Shown here piece after piece: positions 44,311 through 59,014 of a DNA stretch of 64,000 bases (positions are counted from its first letter, which is position 1; the number at the start of each line of letters is the position of its first letter). The stretch comes from the human T2T-CHM13v2.0 reference genome, Homo sapiens. The stretch is taken from the NCBI RefSeq assembly GCF_009914755.1, contig NC_060926.1. One strand, 5' to 3'. The notes beneath the pieces were generated by a model, which saw nothing but the letters and a program-made list of their open reading frames with translations, made no database searches and was not told the origin of the DNA. The position numbers were made by a program, and so were the translations under genes.

Positions 44311-47300
44311 CTGTTCAAGAGTTCCGTCATGAAGGTGTCTTTCGTTGAACATGCAACAGGGCTATGTCTATTCCTTGGTTCAATCTTCAGTTGGTTGTAA
44401 ATGTCTTGTGGTGTTCTCCGATTATTTTTGCTTTGTAAACCGCCATCTGGATTATCTGCTGACTTGGTGTCCTTGATAAGCTCATTTTCTGTCTCACACT
44501 GTAGTTCAGGCTTCTTTTTCTCTTTTTTTCTTTCTGATTTTAGTTGTCTGTTTCCAAACCCCAAGACTTTTGCATCTTTCTTTTCTACTTTGGTTTTGGA
44601 GATGTCCATTTTCCTGCTACTCAGAGCTGGAAGTCTACTCTTCCGAAAACCAAACCAGCTGGCAAAAGAAGGCCCAGGCTTCTGCTTTGCTTCCACAGAG
44701 GTGGGCTTTGTTTGCACTTGGCCCTTTTCCACATTTTCCTGAATGCACAATATGACCTTTTCTTCGATTGTGGGTGAGAGGGGGGCTTCTGAACTCACAG
44801 CATCAGTCGCGGTTGCAGAGGCATCTGGATGCCTTCCAGAAGTTTCTAGCTTGGATGTACTGCTTGTTTCAAAAGTGCTTGGATGCTGAGTCCTCCCTGG
44901 GCTCTGCAGGGCTTCAGGGCAGTCTGTTGGGGTGGGTGGGCAACTGCGGCGGTCACTGCCTGGTTCCCCAAGTACAGCCACATTGGCACTGGGGCACTCT
45001 CCCTGGGTGAAGGCCTGCTGGTCTTCCTTTCCAGGTGGGATGAGGAGTCCCTCAGACTTTGGAGGGATCCTCAAAGGCAACTTACTTGGGCTCCCATGCT
45101 GACTGCTGAAGCTGCCTGAGCTCCCCAGGGAGCCCTTCCCGGAGGAGGGGTGCCCCGAGGGCCTCCCAACACTGGGGAGACTCTCCAACATGGGAGCAGA
45201 AGGGGCCTTGTTGGGAGAGCTTTCCGTGGAAGAGTTCTGCCGGGTAAGAGAATTGCCTCTCTCGGCGGTATTGGTAATGATCTGAGTGCGGACTTTGCCT
45301 GACCCTTCGATGGGGGGCGTAGAAGGCTTGTCTCCTGAGTGTGTACTGAAGCTGTGGCTGCGGGCTTTGGCGCCATTCATACCCAGAGCTGGTTTTAGGT
45401 GTGGTTTGCTGGAGGAAAGGGATCTTCTCATGGATCTATTATCTACCCCATCCCTTCCATCACTCCCAGGGATGCTACTTTCCAATGGCTCTTGTAGTGC
45501 TGTTTCCAGGGGAAGCCCATCAGCTAAACTGCCCTGTGCTTGTGAATCCGGTAGGGTCACATTTCTTTCACCCGCTGTGATCTCCATGCTTGCTGGATTC
45601 TTGGAGTCCTCTGGCTTAGACTTGTTCACAGCCACGGAACTTTTGGAGGCTTCATTTAAACTGTCTTTTTCATGTTTCCCTGGCACGGTGGAACTTTTCC
45701 TGAGCAGCTGGGGAGACTTCATGAGCACTTTGAGTCCCACTGGAAGGCGAGTTTTCAGTCCTTTCTCATGAGCACTTTGACAACCATGAGGGCTGTTATG
45801 GCTTTTGGCGGGTGATGAGGATGATGAGGAACTGCTGACCTGAGATGATGGTGACTCATTTACCCCTAAGAAGGAAGGCTTGGGGGGTGTGGAGGCGCTA
45901 TCATACAATTGTCCTTTTCTCCCTGGAGATACACTTTTGGAGGACGTCATTTCCAGTGGCTCATGGGTTGAAGGAGAGATCCTGGGAGTCTGTAATCCTA
46001 TGTCCCTTTGTGGGGTCCCAAGTGTTTGGCGAGGAGAGGTTTTGGGGACACCTCTCTTCGGAGAGACCTTTGGAGGCCCCAGAGCCATTACGGTGAAGGA
46101 GCTGGAGGGGGCATGAGCAGGGCATCGGGTTTGAATGACTGCTTCTGGGGAGGGCATAGGGTGAGTGAAGATAGGCTTTTTGAAGGCCACAGAAGGTTTC
46201 TTCCTCTGCACTTCTGTCGTGGCCGGATTAGAAGAAATAACCGGAGCAGAAGTTCCTTTCAGCAGCGGGGATTTGAATGGGGTCCTTGCTGTTTCACTGG
46301 GGACCCTGGTTTCGGACTTGGTGGATGAAGGTGCTGGTGAATAGTCATAGCTGGGCCTGGCCAGCAGGGAGACGGACCTGCCTGGAGGGGGCGGAGGGGA
46401 AGGGGATTTCACCCCTGCCTCCGGCCCAGAGCCACAGTGTTCATCCCTCGTGGGGGGCTCTCCACTGTCACTAGACTCAATGGCAGGCCTTGACCGTGAC
46501 CCTGGAGTCTGACTCTTGGGGCACTGGACCCAGTCCCTCCTGCTGGGCATCCTGGAGCTGTGCGGAAGTTGGGCGGAATGTTTTGGAATGTGTGGATCTG
46601 ATCGTAATTCAAAGAGGGGCCCTGAGCTCTCAGTCTTCATGAATCGTGAGAGTTTCCCAGGAGCTAAGGCTGGTGATTTTTCAAGAGTCACCAGGCCAGA
46701 TGAAGGGAGTAGTGTGGTGGCTTCGGGCTCCATTAGTTTTGATTTCTGAGGTGAAGACTTGCCCCTGGGAGGTATTTTTGTCAGATTTTGCTTTTGATAG
46801 ATGCCCATGGGCGCCGAAGACCTGGAATTACTCTGGCATGATATATTGTGTGTTGGTTTGACCAGCTTTTGCTGCTGAGGATTTTGTGTCACTGTCCTGG
46901 AGCTGAAAGATTCAGTGGACACCCTGGGAACATTATCTACATTATCTTTTGGAATGTTTTTCTCAGTGTCCTCTTCAGACCTTTTAAAGAAAGTATAGTC
47001 TCTTGCAGCAGCTCTTGGCTGTAAACAAGCAATTCCCTGAGGTAAAAGCTCAGTATGTTCTGCCTTGGGTCCAGCAGGAGTTGAATTGATGGAAATCTCA
47101 TTTCTGGTAACAGTGACAACCCCAGTCTGGTGAGAGCTGAATTCAATGGGCTCACCGTCTTCCGCATCAAATATCACAGTCACACATTCTTCTGAAGAAG
47201 TCCTTTTTACAACTCTTTGCTGCTTAATGAAACTAAAAGTCTTTGGCCTAGTCTCTGAAGGGATGGGCACTTGTTTTTCCTCCTCTTCAGGAGACCCACA

Positions 47301-48089
47301 TAGAGATTTTCCAAACCCCACAAGGACATCCAGGTTCTCCACGGACTTATCGGTGTCGGCAGCCAATGACATGTCTGAAGGACTTTTCTCATCACTGCTC
47401 TCTATGTGCAGCTCATCAAACGTTTCATTGTCATCAGTGTCTGAAAGCTGGAGGTTGAGAGCCATGCGGCCATGGCCTTGGCCCTGTGGGCCCCTCTCCC
47501 TCTGTACCTGAGGCGTCTGCACACTTGGGCACAGCTTCATCTCTAAGGGACAGCTGCTGGCGCAACTTGTCAGCTTTTCAGGCCTTTCCTTGGGATAAAC
47601 TGAGGATGTGCCTTCCAGAAAGTGTTTTCTGTTTGTCTCCCAGCCAAACAGACTGTCGGAAACACTGTGGGTTAATTTACTGCCATGTGGCCTGCAGCTC
47701 TGGTTTGGAACTGCTTGGAGCAATGCTAAGGTGGAAGGGTCATCGTCCGCATCAACGTGGGAATCTAGATCATAAACAAATGTCTTGTGGGGTTCCTTGC
47801 AGGGGCTCCCCAGGTCAGCTGTTTTGCAGGGGGGATACTCCTTGAGGCTGCTACTTTTAATTCCAGGAGAATATATTCCTTCATTCGAGTTCATGCAATC
47901 TTTATAACCCCATTTGGTTATCACTGATGGGGGTTCAAGTAACACTTTTCGCTTCTGTAGCTTTCTTAGCCCTTCCAAAATGTGGCTTTCCTTGATACGA
48001 GTTGGAGGTAGTTCATTTGTAGGACTAGCAAAGCCACTTGGGAGCGAAGAATCAATACTTAGCCTTTTATCCCAGTTTTGTGATGATTG
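44311..48089 (-). CDS. NCKAP5: NCKAP5 giant coding exon (3779 nt, phase 0-2), Ser/Pro-rich disordered region, QSSQNWDKRLS...FMTELLNR
   Basis: The 1223-aa ORF extends upstream in frame to acceptor ttctttcctag|CAATCA; donor AAC AG|gtaact; protein recognised as NCKAP5 (SPPPPPGR, IEEKVxLCIQENV, ASWFGFRKSRLP). Confidence 0.97.
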
Positions 48090-48224
48090 CTAGGAAAGAA
48101 AAGTAGACATCAGAAATGATTGAACCATGTAGATCACAAAGATATAAAAGGAAAAGTACATCATGGGACTTAATTTGTGCTAGTGGTTGGTAACTATTCA
48201 CATATAAATGCCTACATTAATTAG

Positions 48225-48800
48225 CTAATTAATTTATTCACAAACTATGCAGCAAACATTGATTTTGCCAGGTCCTGTGCTAAGAAGCACAGCGATCTAA
48301 AGAAACAGAAGGTAAAGGCCCTGTCTTCATGGGAGGAATCCCAGTGGGGAGAGGAGAATTGGCCACAACTAACTGTATGTCAAGGGAGAAAATGGGAAGT
48401 GCAAATGTTGTAAGTACTCTGGAGATTCAGAGGAGGGAGGCCACAGACAGGTCTATTTGGAGAAAGGCATATAGGAAAGGTATATATATTTTTTTCTTTT
48501 AAACTTACCTAGCTCTTGAAAGACACATAGGTTTGCCCTAGGTTAAAAGTGGGGGAAATGTTTTCCAGGTGGGAGAAATGGGGTGGGCAAAGACCTAAGT
48601 CAGAAAGTACATTCAAGGTACATTGAGGGAATGACTAGAAGATGATATGGCCTTATTGCAGAGTGTCTACGAGAGGTGCAGAGGGTAAAGCTGGAAAAGT
48701 AAGTTGGTTGATATCTTTATGCTCACATTTGATAGTTCTGTGACTTCATAACTTTATTTGGTAGACAATAGATATCTATGAAAATTTTCTTAAGTTACTA
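48225..48800 (-). mobile_element. L2 fragment
   Basis: atttattcacaaac...gccaggtcctgtgctaag...ggccctgtcttcatgg pattern. Confidence 0.55.
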
Positions 48801-49438
48801 CACTCATACATATACACATACACACATACACAGCAGCTGGGCATTCGCTGTTAGAACCTGACAGTAATTATTCACCTACCAAATTTAGAAAGGTCAATTT
48901 CCTGCCCATCACCCTTCCCAAATGCCAGCCTCAGCTTTGGAAAAGTGTATGGGAAATGACATAGAGAAAAGGCTGTGCTCTACATATTCATATTTTTTTC
49001 ATAGTATTGCTAATAAGAAATGGAAGGGGGAAAAAAAAAAGCTAACATTTACTGAGCCTCTGCTGTACACCAGCCATTTACAGGGTGCTTTCACTCCATC
49101 TTCAGAACAGACAACTGAGACTCATTGTTGGGTCTGTTGGAGATCACATAGAAAGAGCTGGAGCAAAGGTATGACCTCTGGTTTCTCAGGCTCTTTCTAT
49201 AGTACGTCGGTTTTGACTCAGTTCAAAAGTGGCAGTGAGGGGACATGAACCCAGGCAGTCTGGCCCCAGAGCTTGCAGTCCTAACTGATGCTATATATAA
49301 AGCCAAGCTTAGCCCCTCTTCTCCCCTTTACCTTAGTCAGTGTCATAATAGAGATCACAGGTTACCCCACACTATTTCTTAAATGGTACTTGCAGAGTTT
49401 AGGGGGCTGACCTAATGATTTCTTAAGAAGGCTATATG

Positions 49439-49738
<300 letters not shown>

Positions 49739-52392
49739 CTATATGATTAATGGTAAAGAGCTTCAAGAGAAGGCTCTGGGTTTCAGAAATGCACTCTATA
49801 CCAGTTTTGGCTACATCAGTCTCCTCCCTGCCCCACACGCTTATGTGCAGTGGTTGAAAAACATGTCAGAAACTTCCATTTGAATCTGGGCTTCTTAGTA
49901 CACTGTAAACATTTGCTCACATCTATGGCATTTTCATGAAAATTACTCTTGCTATCAACAACGCACACATTTATTTGTTTTTAAATCAAATTATAAATTT
50001 TCTTTAGGAAATTCTCCACCGTCAGAAGTTGCTGGCAGTAGATGCTATTCAGTGATGCTGCCCCACTTCCTCTTCCCTGTACCATTACAAACTCCTTTAG
50101 AAATCAGAAGAAATCCCATTAGTGAATCTGGGTATTATAGCTCCACCAGAAAGGAGCTGCCACAGTGTAAGTTTCTAAGAATTTCCATGATCCTGATAGT
50201 CATGTTGACAATAAATAAGAGAAACCAAGCCAAAGTACCCCACAAGAGCTTGAAAAATGTGGATCTGTTTGACCCCCAAGAAGACATGCTCAACCTCTGT
50301 CTTGCCTCCTTTCTGCCATTCTGGAGCCTGCCAGGTGCTGCACTGCGACTTGCCCCAGAGCCAGTGGCTGCAAACCTCCCAGGGCCCAGGCTCTCTGCCT
50401 GGTGAGATTAGCCACATTCCTCCTTCAGTCCTCTATAGGAGGTTATAGTATCTAACAACTGGAGAAAAGTCTAGGCCAATCTTGAAGCTTGGGGGTAGGA
50501 GACACACGAATGCCCCGTGGGAGTGATGGTGGGGAGGAGCTGGCATTTCTCACAGGCAGATCCATCCTTTGCTGCGAAAGTTGGAAGAGAGTTGCTCTTG
50601 GGAAGCAGTGTGGTTGACTAAAAGATGCTGTTGCTGAGGTGCAGGCCTGTGTTTAATGTCCACAGTCCTCTTCCATTTCTTGACTGGACAAGAATCTTAT
50701 ATATATATATTTTTCTAAAGGGTCTTAATGGGAGCAAACTGATCTCAATAATTGAAGCAACCTCACCACGTTTCAGGCTGATTCAACAAGGCCAGTATAA
50801 AAGAACAATTAAGAATGTGGGTTCTGGAGCCTTCTGGAGCCTGGCTCTGCCATGTACTGCCTGTGGCATCTTGGTTCAGTTATTTAACTTCTTAGCACCT
50901 CAGTGTCCTCTTCTGTGAAATGGGGAGAATAGGAGAGCCTACTTAATAGGCGACTGGGAGCATTACATGATCTAAGGCTTCTGAAGTCCTTAAAAGGCTG
51001 TGCTGCATATGGTAATTTCTCATCGACTAGAGCCACATTCCTCTGTAGGGCAGGCTAGTGCATTTCATGCAGGCTTCCTTTCTGTTTGTACACAAGTAAA
51101 ACATACTTGTGAGCTCAAAAAGCACAATCAATAATATATTAATTGTTATATAATTAATATTCAAATTCAAATTCATATGATACAAGTTTATTATGTAAGT
51201 TAATACTACATGAGTACCCAGCACAAAGTAAGAAACTGCAGAAAGTTTCTTAAGTAATACACATTTCAAATGTCTTCATGAATCTGGGTCTGGCTTGTTA
51301 GGTCCCTGAGAAACAAGACAGTTCACTGTGAGATATGACAGGTGTACTGGTACTCCATGACCATGACAGAGCCCTATTAAGGATCCAGAGAAGAGCCACC
51401 TGAGTGTCCATGAAGTGCCTTAAGAACCTTCTTTCTCCTCATTCAGGGGAGAGATTGCCTTAGAACATCAAAAGCTACTGTAATTGGAAGAATTCCAGCC
51501 AAAAATTAAAAGAAAGTGAAAAGCCTTTGAGAAGGAGAGAGACAAAGAGGTGTGAAAGTGAAAAGAGCAGAGCGAGGGGCTCTGGGAGCCAGGGATATTC
51601 ACAAAGCGAGGAAACATCCCTGACCATCTGTCCAGTCTGTTCCAAACCAGGCTCAGAGCAGTCATTATTCAGAGCACCTAACAACTCCTTAGAGGGAGCA
51701 ATTTTGATAATGCAGCAGGCTCTGTACTTTGCATTGGAAGTCTGAGTCCCAGGGAATAAGCCCTAAATGCAACCTTGAGATCTTCTGAGTTCTTGTTCAG
51801 AGGATGACAAAGCTACTCCCTCATCAATATCTCCTGGGAGTTCTGGATTTTTCTTGGTTTCTACACTGCTAAAACCATGAACTAAATTTATACAAATGGT
51901 AGAAAAATGACCTCCAAATACTCTGATCCGGGGTTTCTATTCTCGTGTGCTCTTTCCTTTTCTCCAACATTAGGGAATGGATAAAACAGCTATTTCAAAT
52001 ATTTCCCTTACATCAGTGTACAAAGACGTCTGCTCAAAGCACAAAGGTATCTCCAGCTTTGCGAGTCCACTGTGCAGATGGGAGTCATTCTAGTAGTAGT
52101 AATTATTAAAAATCCTGGTAAAGGAAATCTTGGCATGTATATAAGTAGAAATATGCCTACCTACACTGAAGTTGTGGTCTCTGTCATCTCACCACGCTGC
52201 CCTCCAATTTATAGTCAAATAGTGTTTTATGAGGCTATAGCATTGATGAAAGGATGTCAGTATAATACATGAGCAGGTGCTCAGCAAATGGTGGCTTCCT
52301 TCTTACCCCTCCCACCTGCCCTTCATCTCCATGACCAAATCCTACCAGAAGAGGATTCTTTTCTGGTTCATTCCGATGCCACAGTGCCTTAC

Positions 52393-52575
52393 CCTTTTCC
52401 TGAGGTTCTTCCCATCGTGCCACGTGTAGGAGGAGCCACTGGAGTACTCGCTGCAGGTGCTTGAAAGAGACAGTTCACTGCTGCTACTGTAGCTGTTTCG
52501 AGGACAGAGATGACCAGGGATGACAGCCCCCAAGCCAGGGCATTTCAAGGCCGATTTTGTATTTAGTTGGTGTTC
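52393..52575 (-). CDS. NCKAP5: NCKAP5 internal coding exon (183 nt, phase 0-0): EHQLNTKSALKCPG...SSSELSLSSTCSEYSSGSSYTWHDGKNLRKR
   Basis: Acceptor gctttttcag|GAACAC and donor AGG|gtaagg; lies within ORF-track 52342..52602; in frame with both neighbouring exons. Confidence 0.95.
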
Positions 52576-52662
52576 CTGAAAAAGCAGGACAGCTCTGAGC
52601 AAGGGCTTTGCTCAGAGGAGAGTAAATATCAACACAACCTTATGGTGAGGTAGATGGGAATA

Positions 52663-53000
52663 CAGATGCTCCTCAACTTATGGCAGGAGTACATCCTGAT
52701 AAACCCATGGTAACTGGAAAATCAGCTGAAAATGTACTCAGTACACCTAACGCACAGAACATCACAGCTCAGCCCAGCCTACACTTACATTAGCCTACGG
52801 TTGGGCAAAGTCATCTAACACAAAGCCTATTTTATAATAAACTGTTGAATATCTCATGTAATTTATTGAATACTGTGCTGAAAATGAACATCAGAATGGT
52901 TGTATGGGTGCTCACAGTACAGTATCTACTGAATGTGTATTTTGGCCCCATCACAAAGTTAAAAAATCCTGTCGAACTACCCTAAGCTGCAGATTGTCTG
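52663..53000 (+). mobile_element. MER47A-like (Tigger-family) DNA transposon with TA TSD
   Basis: ta|CAGATGCTCCTCAACTTA...cctgataaaccc...ttgggcaaagtcatctaacacaaagcc...TCTG|ta. Confidence 0.8.
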
Positions 53001-54238
53001 TATGGTATGGTATGATAATTACGGGCAGACTTTGGAGTCAAATTTGGGCTCAGATCCTGGCTCTGCCTCTTCCTGTGTGGCTATGGGGAAACTATTTACT
53101 CTCTTTCTTCAAAGGAAATCATGATACTATTGCTTATCTTATAGGGTTATTGCAAGCACTAAACGAGGGTCTAGTTGTGAAGCACATCACAGCATCTGGC
53201 CTCTAGTAGGTGCTCAATTATTACAAGCTGCCATCATTATTAGGCAAAAGTACCACAAGGGTGGTCTTATTTTATCTAGCCATACTGGTGAGAATATCAA
53301 ATCAGTATCAAAACATGACTCGAATGCTACAAAAGGACGAAGATAGAGTCACATCTTTGACTACAGGCTTCAAAAGCATGTAAACTGGCTGTGAGTCTAG
53401 TGGTCTGGATCCCGGGCTACCCACTGCCACTAAGCATGCACTCTTGAGCAAGGAAGACTTCTAACTTCTGTGGTCTTTAATGTCCTCTTTATAGAGGGTG
53501 CCGCTGTCTGAGATTTCTGCTACACTTTCCTCTGGTTCTGATGGCATCATACTAAGTCCACAACCAGATGCCCATTGCCTATCTGTGCTACCTCACAGGA
53601 AGCCAAGCACAGCAGACACGAAACTCAGGTATAATGAGCCTCCACTGTAAATATAATAGTGCTTTTCATATCCAGTCCTTGTTACCATTTGGCTATCCAC
53701 ATGGTAATAACCCTCACATCAGGTAGGTCTGGGTTTTTAGTGGAAGGTTCAAGCTGTTAGAATTCTAGTGGTTCTTCATAAGGCAAGGGTGACAAATAAA
53801 GCTGTAAACCTCCAAACACATCTTGACAGCCACATTATAGGCCCCTCGTGTAACAGATGAAGCTCTACAAACTGGACAGGCTAAATTAATTTACATCCCA
53901 ACCACTGAGAACAGAATCTCTCTATTGCCGTCTAATTCCAGTCTCCTTTTTATATAAAGCTTTGTCTCAGAAACTCTTTGATGGTAAGCCATCTGTCTTT
54001 GTGTCACTTGCAGAGTGGCAAAGCCTTTTACTTATACAATTTATTGACACTTTGTGGGTGCCTTTCAGTACCTGAGTACTTATCACCATTCTCCAAATGC
54101 AATTCCAACTGACGGTGACTAAACACCAGCTTGGGAAAGGAAGGTAATGATGATCCTACAGTACTTGTGGTAAATATTAAACTCCTACATCAGTATACAG
54201 GGCATGTTTAATTTACTCTCTAATCAATACCTATAATG

Positions 54239-54506
54239 CTCAATTCCCAGTTCTCTTTTAATGAATAAGCAGCCCTGCCCACTCATGTCCATGTGTATAC
54301 CTCCTGTATAGATGTTGGGGTAAGATGACAGGAAAGTAGGACTCAGAAGATGGGCTGGAGTGAGAAGGAATTGCTGCTTCTCCCTTGGCCTTGAACTTGA
54401 GATGCTCTGTTTTGTTTTGTTTTGTTTTGTTTTGTTTTGTTTTGTTTTTCAGATGGAGTTTCACTCTTGTTGCCCAGGCTGGAGTGCAATGGCATGATCT
54501 CAGCTC
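54239..54506 (+). repeat. Derived copy of a 250-270-bp local duplication ending in a truncated Alu; partner at 55206-55458
   Basis: Near-identical to 55206-55458 except about 4 substitutions, a 1-nt indel and (GTTTT)n length. Confidence 0.96.
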
Positions 54507-55367
54507 TTAATAACATTAGATTTTCAGTATTAGGCATCTGCCTTACTATCAATACTTCATTTTTGCTGCATAGCAATCTCTTTAAGTGATCTAAAAATGC
54601 CAAGAAATTTTACTATCCTATTTCTTCCCCCTGAAATTTGGCTCTACATATTATTGAAAGGAGAAACTTGTCTTAAAATCAGGCTTTCAGCAATATCTAC
54701 TGATTTATGAACTTGTTTATTGCCGGACGTAACTTAGTTAAGGGGAGTTCATATTTGTATCTCCACAGATGCCTACAACAAATGGTTGTGTCGCAGAGCA
54801 GCAACTGCCATTTCAGCCTCAGCCACTGTTGGCACCTGGAATGTGCACTGAACAAACTTTCAGAAATATCTCATCAGGCTTCACTTCTACTGTGTGCTTT
54901 CTGTTTTCTCCTGTCTGTCCTCTCATATTTTGTTGTTTAAATACGCAGTGTGGTGGTTGTTATTTAGGACTGCCTCTGCTCTGACAGATGTGTCTACTCT
55001 ACAGAGAGAGAGAGAGACTGTGTCTATTGTCCCACCAGGCTGTCCAGATCCAAACTCCAATGACCTTTCTGCACTCTGCCTGGCTATTGGTTACAGTTTA
55101 CATTCTACCTTCTCCCAAGGTATTGAGGGAGGCTTGCATGCAATTCTCTGTCCTTCCCGCCTGTTCTTCCTACTACTTCTATTAAAATTATACCTATTTT
55201 TACAACTCAATTCCCAGGTCTCTTTTAATGAATAAGCAGCCCTGCCCACTCATGTCCATGTGTTTACCTCCTGTATAGATGTTGGGTTAAGATGACAGGA
55301 AAGTAGGACTCAGAAGATGGGCTGGAGTGAGAAGGAATTGCTGCTTCTCCCTTGGCCTTGAACTTGA

Positions 55368-55687
<320 letters not shown>

Positions 55688-55794
55688 GAGATGCCCTGAT
55701 GTGATGGCAGATACTTGAGGGAGGTGGAGAAGGCCTGTGAATGTCATGTGGGAGCAGGCAGGGGCAAGGATGGTTAAGCAGAGAGGTGTCCTCT

Positions 55795-55960
55795 AAGACA
55801 GGCTTTTCACACTTTAACGTGAACTGAATCACCAAGGGATCTTGTTAAAATGCAGATTCTGATTCGGTAATTCTGAGGTAGGACCTGAGATGTATGTAGT
55901 ATTTTTAACAAGTTCCCAGGTGCTTCAATGCTGCTATTCTGTGACCCATGCTTTGCGCAG
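55795..55960. mobile_element. MER5A
   Basis: gaatcacc...cttgttaaaatgcagattctgattc...tttttaacaagttcccaggtg. Confidence 0.75.
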
Positions 55961-56597
55961 CAAGCCTCTAGGAGAAGCTATTAAAGAAGTCAGTCTCTTA
56001 TGTGAGTTCCCTAGCAGCACGTTGTGGTACCTCACTGTCTGACATGGGCTGTGCTAAGCCAGGCAAAGGGAATGGCTGAGCCTGCCTGCCAGCAGGCACG
56101 TAAGTTAAGGAGAGTGTCTGTGTAGGTGTACGTGTAGCGGTAGTTACAGAGTAATTCCTTGCAAAGAAGAGGAGGCGGCCACTCTTTTCTACTGGGAAAT
56201 TCTCCCACTTCCCCCACCTTGGAAAATCAATGTTTGAATTTAATAAGGGATGCGGAATCCCTGACATCCTGGCTGCAAAGTGAGCTTTTTTTCCCCTACA
56301 GTTTCCTTCGTCAGCATGTGATTATCACATAGGATTATCTACTGCAGTAAATAACTGTTCTGTGGTTGAGCACTTGAACTCCAAGGCCATTTATGAGGTT
56401 TAAACTCTGGCTTTCACTTGCTAGCTCTGTGAGCTTGGGAAAATTACTGAACCCCTCTGTGACTCAGTTTCTTTCTTTGTAAATGGAGATCATGAAAGTA
56501 GTTACTATGTGGGATCATTGTGAAGACTGAACAGCCCCTGACAAACGCTGGTGCTTAGGGACTTTTACCTGGGTGTTGCTACATTATTAAAAATGTT

Positions 56598-57071
<474 letters not shown>

Positions 57072-57921
57072 ATGTGTCTTGGCTCTTCAACTAAGCCATC
57101 AGTTAGTTCATGGTCTCCCTACGGGACCCTGTTTTACACTTCCTGATATCCTATAATTCCCTGATGCCTGGTACCTAAGTAGTAACTACATTAGGCAATA
57201 GCCAAAAGTGGATGGACTTTGTTACCAGGGATCACTGATGTGAGCTTCTGGCTTCTGGAGAGACATATTAGTAGAGCCCTTTCTCAGTGATCATTTCTAC
57301 CTTTGCTGTGGTTTGCTGTGGGTGCAGCATGGTACCACATATTAAGAGAACTGAAGGGGGCCAAAGGAACAGAGATCTTATGATTGTTCCAATATTGTTA
57401 GCAGGCACTGTGTATGCACATTTCCTGTGTTATCTCATTTAATCCTCACCACAACTCTCTGAAATAGAAAAGAAATATCATTATCCTCATTTTCTAAAAG
57501 GGAAGACTGAGGCATTGAGGTTTTAATACCTTGCCCAAGTTGCCCTATCAATATAACATTCTGATGCCCGGCCCAAGTCCAAGCCACTATGCCATAATGC
57601 CAAGTCAGCCCTGTGACAATGAGCAGAGCTCCCAGAGATACACAGAACCCCATGAATCCCAGTGAGTTGTCATTGGTAATAATGATTATTCTTAAAATTC
57701 TTCATCAAAAATGTGTATTAGCTTCTATTGCAACATTATCTTAATTATGTTGATTTAACAGGGAAAAATACAACCTGTCTTCTGCACTATCCAAAGTATA
57801 TTTTCCTCATTGTTTATTTTAGATTACTACCCTGAATGATTCATATACTTTAAACATTCTTACTGTGAGAAATGCAGTATAAAATCTACAATTTTAGTTA
57901 AAAAATAGAGATAATGAAGCT

Positions 57922-58291
<370 letters not shown>

Positions 58292-59014
58292 TTAAAAAAA
58301 AAAAAACTCCTGACTTTACGGCTATATTATAGATTGGATGCCATTAGGTCTTTATGAATGTTTAAAGTGACAATATTCCACTGAAATTCAATTCAAATCT
58401 AACTTGAGAATATTTACATTTAATGGTCTATCTACACTGATGGAATTATTCAGTAAAATAAAAAAACAGTTATCCACAAATGTTCATGTCATTGTTTTAA
58501 GCCTCACGTTTTTCATTATATATTTATTTGGCAATTGTGTTTTTTCAAGTTACTCTTTTTATGTCAACGAGAGTTAAAAAGCCATGCTGGTTAAAGTTTT
58601 GCCAGATAAGCACAAAGCTAACCCCAGCTAGAGAAAAAAAATGCAGAGCCCATGAATTTTTAAAAGTTCATACATAATATATCATAAAAGTAGGATGAAT
58701 AATATGGGACGTGGGTTTTAATAAAAAGCTCCTTGACCATTTCTCAGAGACTCTGAGATGTAATCAATATCCAAAAAAGGTATCTTGGGGACAAAGCCAA
58801 GATTTATGATATTTTTGCCAAGAATGACACTTTCTGCTTACTATATCAGCTGGGGGACATGATATTGAATTTCAGAGAACACAAGAAAGGAAGGTATTTT
58901 TATCTGCCTGACAATGCTTCAAGGATGCACTTTATGGTTCGCTTGTGACATCATATTTGATGGAAGGAAAATAACCACCAAAACAAGTGTTCTGAAGGCA
59001 ACTGGGAAACTCAC

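Noticed and set aside
44401-47845. Many 60-160-aa + strand ORFs antisense to the giant exon
   Set aside because: Expected shadow ORFs of a GC-richer coding exon; no independent gene signals.
44307-47978. 1223-aa ORF read as a stand-alone intronless gene
   Set aside because: Its start is a TTG (Leu) inside a frame that continues to the acceptor at 48089, and its stop lies in the donor gtaact. It is an internal NCKAP5 exon.
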